Shown: positions 1 through 11,188 of the stretch, piece by piece | Numbering within the stretch: the stretch's first letter is position 1 | Layout: each line of letters starts with the position of its first letter | NCBI GenBank assembly: GCA_044892525.1 | Contig: CM097885.1 | Location: 82,894,001-82,958,000, forward strand | Length of the DNA stretch: 64,000 nucleotides | Direction: 5' to 3' | Origin: Schmidtea polychroa | Lineage: Eukaryota | The notes under the pieces: generated by a model | The model's input: only the letters and a program-made list of their open reading frames with translations | Told to the model about the DNA's origin: nothing | The model's database searches: none | Made by a program: the position numbers and the translations under genes

Positions 1-1774
1 AAACCCTGGAATATCTTTCATTCTCATACAGGTCGATTAATCCAAAAAAACTCATGCAGATCAATTAACTCAAACGAAAAAAAATTAAGACAATTGACGT
101 AAAAATTCTATTTAATACACCGACACTTCTATTATTATTTGTTATTGAATATCGCTAAGTCCGATTCAAAGATATTAAAGAAAATTCGGAATGATCGGGT
201 TAAGGCTTTTCCAATGTAGCCTGGTCTGCGACCAAACCCTCGTCACTTTCATCCTGTAAGAGAAACTCAAGGTCCAACAATAATTGGGCATCATTGGGCC
301 AAGGGGTGTTGAACGTAATTGAACGTAATTTATGATATTATCAAAAATTATATTTGAAAAATGTGTTCTTGAAATCTTAATTATTATTTTGCAATTATGT
401 AATTTATTATCAAAAATTATATTTAAAAAAATGTTTTGATTGAAACCTTAATAATTTAATTTACTATGCTATCACCACAAATTGTACTTAAAAAATATTT
501 TCATATGTTTGCTCTTGATTGAATTCTTAATTATTATTATATTTCTAATCAGATGTTTCTTAATTGATTTTTGTCTTAATTATTCCCCACTCGACAGACT
601 ATTAATGCCTTATTTTTTTGTTTAATTATTCCACACTAGACATTTATGAATAAAGTTATTATATATATTAATTAAATAAACCTTTATTAATTATCTAAAT
701 AAATCCTGTCTGTATAAAACCATCGTATTATACAAAATGATAAAAATAAATAAGTCTCAAAGATTAAATAATCAGAATGCAATCGAATATTTAAGTGAAG
801 ATTAAACAATCAGCTAAAGTAATAATTACACTGAAATTCCACATAAAAATAATTAAGTCACGAGGGTTCCACATAAATGTTCACCCGATATCTATTCGGG
901 CCTGTTTTATAATATTTTTTTAGTTCAAATTCCTCAATAGCTCGACTCCTGTCATCTAACAAAAAATATTTAGTGTGGTTGCGTGTAATAAAATTAAGAA
1001 AGAAAAAGGACAATTTCGCTTTTAAAAATACTCTATTAAAATTTACAAAATAAATTTACAATGTTATAAAAGTAAACACAAGAAATGGATTTACTAATCC
1101 TTGCTGTTTGTCACAGCCTGTAAGAAATTGTTGGCTCCTATGTAGCAACGATCGCTAAATGAATCTTAACAAGAGAGGGTTAAGCAAATGGGTTGGTTAG
1201 TGATTTTGGGGAACCCAGAGAATACTAAAGTATAGTACACTACTTTGTATTCGCTTGTAAATAAAAATGACAACATAAAAGGATAATAGTTTATCCTTCA
1301 CAATAAATAAAAAACAAACCACCTTTGTTTTCTAAGCCTTTAAAATAACAAATTGACACTTCGCAAAACTTTTCCCAAATGACGATTCGCTTCGAATATT
1401 TTCTCCTTTTCTCTTTCGCGCTTTTCTTCTACCCTCTGTGTAATCCACTCGACAATTTATATCCAAAATTTCACTAATTGGTTTTCTGTCTACAATGATC
1501 TGTTTCTCTAATCCTGGATTCAAATGTCAATCAACACCAGCTGTTTCCTTTTCCTTTTGAACTGACAAATTTCAAATTGACTTTACCCAAAGTACTTTGT
1601 ACTAATTATTGATCTTTTCCTCACGAAATTGCAAATGTCTCCTTTATAGTCACGTTTTCTTCTCTTGTTCTGATTCTGAATAAGTAGTTATATAATTTTC
1701 AAATATTGATTATATTTTTGGTAATTTCAAAAAATGTTATTTTTGTTGAGGTCCGTAAATTAAAAGAAAGTTAA

Positions 1775-1970
1775 CATGACTAAACATAAAATGCGCAGTT
1801 TATATTTATAACTTTTAATTTTTAAAAAGTAATAAATATTAAAATAATTTGTGCAGATAAAGAGCTGCTAAATATGCTGATAAAAACTAAAAAACTCTAA
1901 CTGTTATGATCTTTGATTTTCAAAAGTTAAAAGTTATAAATATAAACTGTGCATTTTATGTTTAGTCATG
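1775..1970. mobile_element. MITE / fold-back element (~196 bp)
   Basis: About 45-bp near-perfect terminal inverted repeats (CATGACTAAACATAAAATGCGCAGTTTATATTTATAACTTTTAA ... TTAAAAGTTATAAATATAAACTGTGCATTTTATGTTTAGTCATG); no ORF; TSD unclear. Confidence 0.7.
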
Positions 1971-2620
1971 CATTAAAACAAAAAACAAAATGAATAACTT
2001 CGAGTACATATGATTAGGCTATGTAACAAATATCACAATGCTCATTTTTCAATAAATGTTGAGGTCTCACTATTTGAAAACCCCAACTTACTGGTTCTTA
2101 TATAACAAATGAAATAACAATAAGACTGATTAATAAAATTTATTACAAGTAAAATTCACCTTTTCAAAATATACAGTTAGATTCAATTTTCAGACTTTTG
2201 ACTTCACTTATCTACAATAGGATTCTTTGACAATTCAATACTCGTGCTTGAATGTTTTGTTAGATTGTTATGTCATGCTTGTTATGTATTATTTACTGCT
2301 ACCTTTAAAAATCTTGTGAAACTTTTTGTTCTGTTTCTATTATTAAGTTATTCTCAGGATTATCCTTCGAATAGTTAAGACGCTAATTTTTGGCTATTAA
2401 ACTAATTTTGCAAGCTCCTTATATATCAAAATGTTTTCTATAAATTAATTTAATTTATTTCAGTCTCGTTACACATATGAATTAATTTTATTTACTTTAT
2501 ACTAGAGACTATGCATATTAATTTATCGTCTTAAAATTTGAATTAATTTATTTCGTTCATATTAACTTTGAAATTATTGCTTTTAATTAATTTATAAAAG
2601 TTGATTTCTTATTAAATACC

Positions 2621-2623
<3 letters not shown>

Positions 2624-2667
<44 letters not shown>
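2624..2667. repeat. (TA)n microsatellite
   Basis: Direct reading of the sequence. Confidence 0.98.
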
Positions 2668-2669
<2 letters not shown>

Positions 2670-3068
2670 GTTTTACAATAAAAATTCAAATACAAAATGA
2701 CATTAAAAATTCACAATAAAATACAAATTTGATAAAAATAAAATTCAATATAAATGAAGGTCATACAGATATAGATGAATAAAAGTAAGATTCAATAAAG
2801 TTCAAATTAAAATTACGAATGTTATAAATAAATGTCAATAAAATAGAGTTCGAATTAAGATTATGTACACACAGGAGATGTTGAAAGTTATTATTTTTAT
2901 TTGAAGAATTGAATTGTTGAATTGTTGGGAAATTGGATTGAGAGAGATAGAGAAATTTTATTTAATTATGTTCTTCGGCGAACACATTACCCCTATACTT
3001 GTTTGACCCTGTTCTATAATATTTATCTAGGGTAAATGTAGTGATGGGCTTGCCCTCATCATCTAACA
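2668..3068 (-). mobile_element. Start of a 3' LTR of a giant gypsy-like element (remnant; inner limit uncertain)
   Basis: The minus strand reads hairpin GATAATG-CGAA-CATTATC, then GCGGCCCGGGAAGAA, then TGTTAG at 3068. This is the same layout as the junction before the 3' LTR at 39383, and it lies directly downstream of a cluster of accessory ORFs. Confidence 0.55.
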
Positions 3069-3195
3069 TTCTTCCCGGGCCGCTAGGATAATGTTCGCAT
3101 TATCTCTTATACTACGTACGAGCTCAATCTCACTGTTCCTTATCAACATATTTGTTTTGTTGAATCCTTTTGCCAAGGCAAGGTTTAATGTGTCG

Positions 3196-3486
3196 TCACC
3201 ATTTATACGTCTTCCAAAATGTCGGGTTAATTCCTTCTCCGTAATTTGCTCCCTCTCCTTTGGTATAATAAAATTGGTTTCTTCCTCGATTGCAATATCT
3301 GGTTCTGGTCCTAATTAGGGTTAATCTATGGTCATATTTTCCTCTTGCTGTTGATTCTGAGTCGAGGTCACATTTCATCAGTTTCCCTGAGTGGAATTTT
3401 GGTTTCTGTAATTCCAGTTTGACTGTTTTTGCAGGCTTTTGTATCCTCTCTTCTTCAACGAATATCACATCGTCATCGCTTTCCAT
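3196..3486 (-). CDS. Acidic accessory ORF of LTR element (frame probably extends up to ~3720 across a stop)
   Basis: 96-aa ORF with DDVIFVEE (SUMO-interacting-motif-like); last ORF before the putative 3' LTR. Confidence 0.45.
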   Translation of the reverse strand: MESDDDVIFVEEERIQKPAKTVKLELQKPKFHSGKLMKCDLDSESTARGKYDHRLTLIRTRTRYCNRGRNQFYYTKGEGANYGEGINPTFWKTYKW

Positions 3487-3723
3487 TAGTTCATCTTCGA
3501 AGGTTCTACGTGTCCTATTCTTATTAAATTTCAGTTCGATCTAAGATGGTTCAATATAGATGTCTTCGTTATCATCCGACATATCCTCCATAGTGCTTTC
3601 TTTGATGGGATATAGTTGATCTTTTATCTGTTGTTCACTGAAAGCTTCCGAATCCCATTTTACGACTTCTTCCCATTGATTTTCCATTATCGCGTATATC
3701 ACCTTGACTATCATTGTGATTTG

Positions 3724-4242
3724 TCATGCTGGGAATGGTTCTGGCTCGCGTAACATTTTGTTGATACGTTTATTTTTATCCCATTTTTTATGATGTTTGA
3801 TTACCTGGTATGCCAGGTTTGACAATTTTATCTTGTGTCGTGCAACGTTTTTCGCGTACGAACCCATAAATATATCCTCTGACATTTCTCTGACTCCCAT
3901 GACGTTGTATAGATCTAATGTGAGAGCTTTGAGTTTCCCGATGATGTCGAATCCGACGACTATTTTACCGCAAAGCAACTGCTGAATCTCTATCAATGCC
4001 TCGTATTCGTCTTTATTTCCGATGATATTTTCTTTATTGGCCTTCGTCTTCTCTGGATAGTAATGTAGTACCTTCGTTCTAAGTGTAATCTTTTCATCGA
4101 ATATCGTTACACCTTTAAAATTCCGTATGCTGACCTCAACTGGTCTTAAGTTATTATTGATATCGCAAACTAGTTTTGCATCTACGAACATCATTAGATG
4201 ATGTCTCTCCGCTGGTGACAGCTCTTGGTGGGTGAACGACAT
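3724..4242 (-). CDS. Degenerate DEDDh 3'-5' exonuclease, REX4/ISG20-like
   Basis: Pattern MFVDAKLV..VEVSIRNFKGVTIFDEKI..KVLHY..EALIEIQQLLCGKIVVGFDI..LKAL aligns by eye with the REX4 family (LDCEMV..RVSIVN..G..LYDEYV..V.DY..LL.GRILVGH.L.ND); catalytic E and D appear substituted. Confidence 0.6.
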   Translation of the reverse strand: MSFTHQELSPAERHHLMMFVDAKLVCDINNNLRPVEVSIRNFKGVTIFDEKITLRTKVLHYYPEKTKANKENIIGNKDEYEALIEIQQLLCGKIVVGFDIIGKLKALTLDLYNVMGVREMSEDIFMGSYAKNVARHKIKLSNLAYQVIKHHKKWDKNKRINKMLREPEPFPA

Positions 4243-4860
4243 TTTTTTCTAATGAAGTCCCCGTGCATATGGATATTGGATTGAATTAGCTCCAGCTGCT
4301 GAAATGGGTTTGGGATAGTTGGTACATATAATATTTCTATTGCTATAACGCAAGGTAGGCTGTTCATTTGGACTATCAATTCGTTGTAATCATTTGGGAC
4401 ACTTCGATCACTTTTTATAGTTTTTATTGTTACGGTACAATTGCTCGTTGTGATTATTGGTATTTTCTGTTGGCGTATTGCTACCTCTGTTTTTGTAGTA
4501 TGGAATAAGATTCGATGGGGCACTTTCCTTCCTGTTCTTGCCGCTTCCTCTGCGTTGGGGAATCTGTCGTACGCTCCAATTAGTTCCCGTAGTCTAACCC
4601 GTCTTGCCTCGTTGAATTTGACAAGGTGTAATCCCCTTTCCTGATTTGGGAAACTGCGTATTGTGATTGGACTTCCATCAATGCATATTTTATTTTGCAA
4701 ATTTTTATAAAAACTGCTATAATGCTTCTGGAGCATACAATAATATTGGACATTTGATTTGGGTCTGAACTGTTTGCTCTGGGAATTGAATTGGTTGGAC
4801 TGCAATTCGCATTTCTTTCTAAATTTAAAATATAAATTGATATGTTCAATGGGCATTTGA
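4194..4860 (-). CDS. Accessory/polyprotein-tail ORF of LTR element, 5' part lost in N gap
   Basis: About 220 open codons; RRVRLRELIGAYDR resembles RRVQLRELVKEWNR in the post-integrase ORF 43951-45531. Confidence 0.5.
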
Positions 4861-5665
4861 NNNNNNNNNNNNNNNNNNNNNNNNNNNNNNNNNNNNNNNN
4901 NNNNNNNNNNNNNNNNNNNNNNNNNNNNNNNNNNNNNNNNNNNNNNNNNNNNNNNNNNNNNNNNNNNNNNNNNNNNNNNNNNNNNNNNNNNNNNNNNNNN
5001 NNNNNTCGACATCGAATTTCACTTCGTCTAGTTTTCTATGACATTAAAAAATTTAATAATGTGATCCAAGTCTGATCCAAATGATTTATTAACTTAGGAT
5101 CGAGCGCACTAATTCAATTTATGTACATGCAATATGCATTTACCCAATGTTATTCCTATGAAAATTGAAAGATTTTAATTGATACCAAGCATGCTATTTT
5201 CATTTATGATATTTAAGTTTATTCAATATACACACTGTTAATTAGTTTAATCACTTGATCCTAAATATAATTATATCTAATTCCATATGTAAATAATTAA
5301 ATGAAATATTAATAAATTTAAAATAAATTATATAGAATCTATATTATAGAAAAGTAGATAAGTATATCTATTATCGATATTAGCATAATTATTTAGATTA
5401 TTTGTCACAAGCAGTTTGTTTAATTAATATTCAAGAGGCAGTGGGTTAAAGAATTTGTAATAAGCAAATAAGTTGTATATTTATTTATTATCTTACACGA
5501 AAATTTGGAAATATTTATCACAGATCACGGATGTCGTTTTAACGCATAGATTTCGCTAGTGTTGGTTACCTGGGGAAGTATAATACTCCTAGGACGAGTT
5601 TTCCTCAAGTATCCACCACGACTTAGCTTTAATCTCCCACATGTGTACCCATGATGATAAGTCAT

Positions 5666-5776
5666 GTTGGTGCTGCGCACATGGGTCGGAACTTACAAAC
5701 AGGTGAGCCCCTACGTTAGGACTACTATTCGTAACATTCGCAGTACGGGTTCTCGAATGACAATAGAAGGACTTAC
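5666..5776. other. Conserved structured LTR motif, copy A
   Basis: CAGGTGAGCCCCTA-N3-TAGGACTACT-variable hairpin-TAGAAGGACTTAC, preceded by GTTGGTGCTGC..GGGTCGGAA; shared with 6123, 24384 and 58950. Confidence 0.75.
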
Positions 5777-6122
5777 ATCTTAATTTACTAAGACCCTGTC
5801 TTTGGTCCAAGGAGACAGTTACGGAAATTCGAAGTTCATTTACTGATTAGAATCTTAAGGGAGAGTCTTTCTCAATATCGGGTTCCCTGAGATTACTTAA
5901 CAACGCAACAAGTGATTACAAAATATCTATTAATTGCTGGGGCACTACTCGGTTGACCACCATTAGTTCAACTTTCGGCCTAGGAGATGAATGCCCATTC
6001 TAATCATGCTCGTCATTACTTTGTCAACCCCGAGCAGAGCCCACACATAACCTATACTCCAACATAGTACCCGTGAATTTCTCCACGTTGGAACTGTACT
6101 ATGCCGGCGAGACGCCAGTAAG

Positions 6123-6200
6123 CAGGTGAGCCCCTACCTTAGGACTACTCCTTACTGAGGCCTCGACTTCCCACTCTTGACGGCCGATAGAAGGACTTAC
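6123..6200. other. Conserved structured LTR motif, copy B
   Basis: Same core as copy A with a different inner hairpin (GGCC-TCGA...TTGA-C-GGCC). Confidence 0.75.
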
Positions 6201-6487
6201 GTCGATTCGAATTATCAATCTACTTCACTACCCTTTAGTTTGAATTGCAAACTGTCTAATACTTCTCGATTCTCAAAAAAAAATCTCCACCCTAGTTACG
6301 AAACTGAATCTCTCACAAAAGAAAATTATATAAAGACATAAAATTATTTATTCCAACATTAAGCATACAGAACACCGATGATTTACATGCAACAGAGATA
6401 TCGGATGAGGGAAAAACAAGGAAGGAAAGACATGATAATTCGGTCCAACAGTTTTACGGAGAATAGAGTCATTTCGCGGGAGCGTTC

Positions 6488-7237
6488 CTATTTCTCCCAC
6501 TCCGTATCCGCCAATAACTCATCTAAATTGAAAAACTCGGAGGCGTTTTCCTCCCAAGTTACTCCGGCGGCGGAGATAATTCGCCCTGAGATTCCTGATG
6601 TCGGATCGATTGCTATCAAGGGGGCGCTGACTTCCTTCAGAAGTTCCGTCGATGGTGTATTCTGTTTGGCGGTTATTCGTTCCCGCTGCTTCCTTTTACG
6701 CTCGGCTCTTGATAATTGCCGACGCTTTGGCTTCGATGTCGTTGGATTAGCTGGAGGTGCTGTGGATGTAGAAGCGATCGCAGGCGGCGCTTTACTCGTT
6801 CCAACGAAAATAACGTCTGGTTGTTTGGGCGAGAGCTGGGTCTCCACGCATTCTTGGCAGGACTTCTTGGAAGGAGACGACGACTTAGAAGAAGTGTCGT
6901 GGTGTGCGGGGAAAAGATTGTCGGCCTCATTGATGGGAATACTGACTATCTTTCGCGTAGTCGCAGCCTGCAGGTATACTTTGTGCAGGGCTTCGGATTG
7001 TTCCTTCGTCAAGCTCCTTTGCGAGCGGCTCTCAGAGATTAGAGCGTCCCGACAATGCTCGCTGCGGTATAGTTTTTTCTGTACCTCTTTCATTTGAGTG
7101 GGGCTAAACCAGGTGCCCTCCAACTCATCTATTTTTCTTTTATATCGCCCAATCTGGGTCTGCAGGTCCTTGATAATTGCATTTTTGTCCGAGCAGGAGA
7201 AGCAGGGAGGTAAAAAGGGCTTGGCAATCGGCATCAT
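6488..7237 (-). CDS. LTR-encoded protein of unknown function (CxxC, coiled coil, basic patch, acidic C-terminus)
   Basis: Intact 249-aa ORF; homologous to 24754-25514 (PCFSCxDKN, EGTWFSP, EHCRD, QSEALHKVY); acceptor-like CTTTATAG just upstream of ATG. Confidence 0.8.
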   Translation of the reverse strand: MMPIAKPFLPPCFSCSDKNAIIKDLQTQIGRYKRKIDELEGTWFSPTQMKEVQKKLYRSEHCRDALISESRSQRSLTKEQSEALHKVYLQAATTRKIVSIPINEADNLFPAHHDTSSKSSSPSKKSCQECVETQLSPKQPDVIFVGTSKAPPAIASTSTAPPANPTTSKPKRRQLSRAERKRKQRERITAKQNTPSTELLKEVSAPLIAIDPTSGISGRIISAAGVTWEENASEFFNLDELLADTEWEK

Positions 7238-9120
7238 GTTGGCTAGCTATAAAGGTGAGATTAAGATATGATATTCGAAATGTCATGCATTTGGTGCCAC
7301 TACTCCGTTACTATCTTGGATATTCCAAACAAACAGAAGAACAGATTAGATGGTAAAGGAATTGCTTTCCCCTCCCCCAGATGTCGACTCGTTTCTACCC
7401 TATACATGATTTACGAAGTTTAACTAATGCTGAACATAGGTGACTTGACGAATGTAAATGAATTAACTGGGAGATTTTGATGCTTTCAATTGAGTGCCTT
7501 TACTAACTCGAAGAATTTGCTACCAAGTCTAGATTTCCTTTTTAGATTTACAACTACGCTATCTCGGCGCTAACTACCTTGACAATTTTTGCACTTGGTG
7601 ATTTGAAGGTTTATAATGTTTAATAATATTAATAATAATGGTCTGATAGTAATAGGACAATAATGTTTTAGCAACAAAAGCGTTATAACATTCAATCTAA
7701 ATTTTGGTGGATTACTATCATCATTGACTTGAAATTTATATGGTTACCTATAATACCCATTGAACGAAATTATGAAGTAAATAAGATGAATCCCAATCGA
7801 AGTATTAAACTAACGAGATTAGTTAAAGTTTTGTTTCAATACAAATGGTTAGATTAGTGAGATGTATTTAAATTAAGCTATACCATATTATAAATTAGCT
7901 GAATATTATCATTAATTTGATGCAAAGAAAAACGATTAAATTAACCAGACGGGTTAGATAAAAATTTGACTCGACTAAAGGCATTAGATATTGGAGTAAT
8001 CAAAATCATCCAACTGGTGTTTTGGATCTAAAGTTCACCGATCCAATCTATCAGGTTTGTTCTCACTTACGTGGAGTTTTACCTGCTCAAGATAACCTAA
8101 AATTGCGAGTGCAGGGAACTTTCAGCAGCTTGATTTTTGCCGATAACAGTCGCTATGCTTGTGGTGTGCACGAACTCACCTGCTAACTAAATCGGGAGTG
8201 TTACGCCTTGGCTACTCGTATGTTGATTAATTTTTCAGGCATCGGTGTGTGTGCTTGTGACAGTTGTGAAGAAGTGCATGAGTTGATATGGGTTAGTGCC
8301 TGGATGTTTACACGATGGAATGAATTTGTAAATCTGATCTCGAGGAAGAGAACTGTATACATATACTTCTGGACTTTTATTTGGAAAAATACGATGAGAC
8401 GACATGAGTGCGATGTACGCTTCTTAGAACGGTGGTAATTACCGATCTCGAAATTTTTGTCTATGGGAAAGTCTGCTTAAAAAATAAAAAGAAATCCGAA
8501 AATTCAGAAATAGAGTTTAACGAGTTATACAATTCATTGGACAGATAGTAATCCCGATCTAGTCATTCGCAAAAGTAATATTAGTAGAATTCATATTCGA
8601 TTATACTTGTTGTTGGAGAGTACATCACTACCGAGGAGTGGAAATTTGATTATTAACATGATAACGTATTCAATTTTTCTCTCTCATACTCAAATCCGAT
8701 TGCTAGTTGCGTTCGTATCTTCGATATACTGGCACATATTTTCACCGTTCTTCCAATCTTCGCATAAATTTTCCAGACATTTAGGGGCATCCTTTATATT
8801 CGTAAATCCTGGGCAATGTCACTGTTGAAACTATTTATGGCATAAAGACATTTCATAAGAATATTCATCTACGTGAAGAGAAAAGAACTTTACTAGAATG
8901 CTATTCAATAATTTTATTTAACTTTGATATACACATAATAGCTTATGAATGAATAAAGTAAAATAAAAAAAATAAAATTTACATTCTTTCTTCCTTTATT
9001 TTCGGTACGACTCAAATAATTTGTTGCTATCGAATAATTAGGCTAGAGTGTTGTTGAGCTGTTCTGTGGCTGTATCTGTTTTTAAATTTGTAAGAATTGA
9101 GGGAATCAACCAAGTGTTTT

Positions 9121-9130
9121 CCTTATATAG
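9121..9130 (-). promoter_or_regulatory. Putative LTR TATA box
   Basis: CTATATAAGG on minus about 520 bp inside the solo LTR start; analogous CTATATAAGC at 38977-38986 in the 3' LTR. Confidence 0.5.
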
Positions 9131-10950
9131 TAAATTTTGTTCAATCAGGACTTAGCTTGTGTGTAAAATGATGTTTTTTCTTGTTTTTTGTGTTTTTAAT
9201 CGTTTTCTAAGTTAATTATTTATTTCTTTTTGCTAATTTATTAAATAATTTAATTTTTTACCTTTCTTCCTATTTTCTGTTAGGTTCTGATGGTCGTTTT
9301 GTTTGTAATTTTTGATTTAATCTTTCTTTGTTTTAATTTATAGTCTTCCTTGCGTGTAATTTATTTCTTTAGTGCTATTTTACTCTTTTTTGAATTTTAT
9401 TTTATTTTTTCCTAATTATTCTTGTCTTGGTTTGTGGATTATTGGTATATGGCCCTGTCTATTTTTATATTGTTTATTATTTGTTTTATTTTCCGTGGCT
9501 TTTGTTTTAATATTTTATTTTTCTTTTAATTTTTGATTTTTCTTACACTTGATTGATTACCACAATACCTTTTATACAGGCTCCCTTTAATTAAGTTAAT
9601 TACAATTTTTAATTTTTCTAAAATTTAATTATTACCGCTTTCAGCCCAACACTAGGTATATGATAGGAAAATCTATTTTCCCACGTTCCAAATATTCCTA
9701 TCGCATAACATCATAACATCCACTAGTAAACCATTGCAAGTGACGTTTGTGGATGGCTTCCAGCAGAAGATTATCTTCATAACTTTATACGGCCCTAGCT
9801 AAATAAACCATAATAATGAGATTATAGCTAACCAAATCAAAGACAAATTTGAGACAAAATTAGCAAAGAATATAAAATTAAATAGTCAACTATTGCTTGA
9901 TCCATAATGCGAGCTTCATTCAACCACCTCATGTGATTTTGTATTGGCTTCCTTCAGGTATTACTAAAACCTGGTATTTTGTAGAGAGTCGGAGTTGAAT
10001 TCATTACCATCGAACTGGTTACGGAAAATAATTAATGGTCTAGGGACGTTGAGGAAGACTGAAGTCCTTTATAAATATGTTTTTTTTAATTTTGAGATTA
10101 GAGTCTGGTGCTGATTCATGACTTTTAGACTCCTCGATTCTACCTATTCTTTCTCCAGCTGTTTTTCATGGAGTTTGTACTATTTTTTCGATTTGTGCAT
10201 TTGGTCTTGGAGGAGCCACGGTGTTTCTAGTGGGTAGCACTTTCGGATAATTGAGTAAACCATCAGTGATTGTTTCAGTGCTTTGATACTTAATTTCACT
10301 ACATCGATGCGGAATTTATCTAAAATTAGTTCTATTGAAATTAAATAAAATGTTTACGAATCAAAATGTTTATAGAGAAGTGATTATCAACAAAGTGTTG
10401 GTATAAATATGAGAGCATTAACGGGGTTAAAAAAATTTTCCAATACAAAAATCTAATTTGTTACGGAGGATAAATAGATGCGAAATAAGTACTAAATTGT
10501 GATAACGTGAAACATAAATTATTATGAGTGCAAAATAATGTAAAGTAATGTTGAGGATACATAAATTGCAAAAAAAAGATCTTCATTAAAGACGTAAAAT
10601 GATGGGGAAAATGATTATGAATGAATGGGATATTCTTCTGGAATTAGGTAAAACAGGAGTGGAAGGGAAATGTTGAGTAATGAGATGGAACAGAGTGGGA
10701 ACAATTGACTTGTTATCTTTATGGCCTACTCGAGATAGAGAGGGGAAAAGGTATGGTAAATCAGAGAAACGGGGTTGTAAAAAAATGGATCTATCTCGAC
10801 AGCTGTCAGAGATTACGGAATACCAATGGGAAAAGCGAGAAAAAAGAAGAAATTATCAATAAGTGCCATCAGATGGAAAAGTATAAAAACCGAACACAAA
10901 TTGACAGATGGTAGAATTATTGAAAAGGAGACAAAAAGAGAACATTTATG

Positions 10951-11188
10951 GGTGAGCTTCCGGCCCGGGTGCTTTTTTGTGGTTAATTATTGGTTCAAAT
11001 CCAATCCAATGCCAATCAGTGGATATCCAATCAATTTCTTCACTTAAAGAATTTGTAACTCTTACTAATGATTCATTGTAGGTCTAAAATCTATTTAAAA
11101 AATAATCAATAAAAAATATATGAAAAATAATCAAGGGTTAGTTTTTATTTAACTAACCACAAAAATGCGCCCGGGCCGGAAGCTCACC
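10951..11188. mobile_element. MITE (~238 bp)
   Basis: About 33-bp TIRs GGTGAGCTTCCGGCCCGGG(T/C)GC(T/A)TTTTTGTGGTTA; no coding capacity; TSD not clear. Confidence 0.8.

Larger units (their letters stand above)
5560..9651 (-). mobile_element. 4.09-kb solo LTR of a giant gypsy-like family
   Basis: Termini TGTTGG...CCAACA; identical 4-bp flanks CTAG (5556-5559 and 9652-9655); TATA-like CTATATAAGG on minus at 9121-9130; internal ORF and motifs homologous to those of the LTR at 24211. Confidence 0.88.

Noticed and set aside
5700-5776. Group I intron P7 (GACTA), twister or HDV assignment for the conserved LTR motif
   Set aside because: Only a GACTAC word matches; the partner strands and catalytic-core consensus of these classes are absent.
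6378-7097. 239-aa plus-strand ORF
   Set aside because: Antisense shadow of the conserved minus-strand LTR ORF; not conserved in the homologous LTR.
9660-10300. Possible host-gene exons (also 14600-15200 and 20900-21860)
   Set aside because: All frames contain stops and no recognisable motif; cannot be supported without a homology search.
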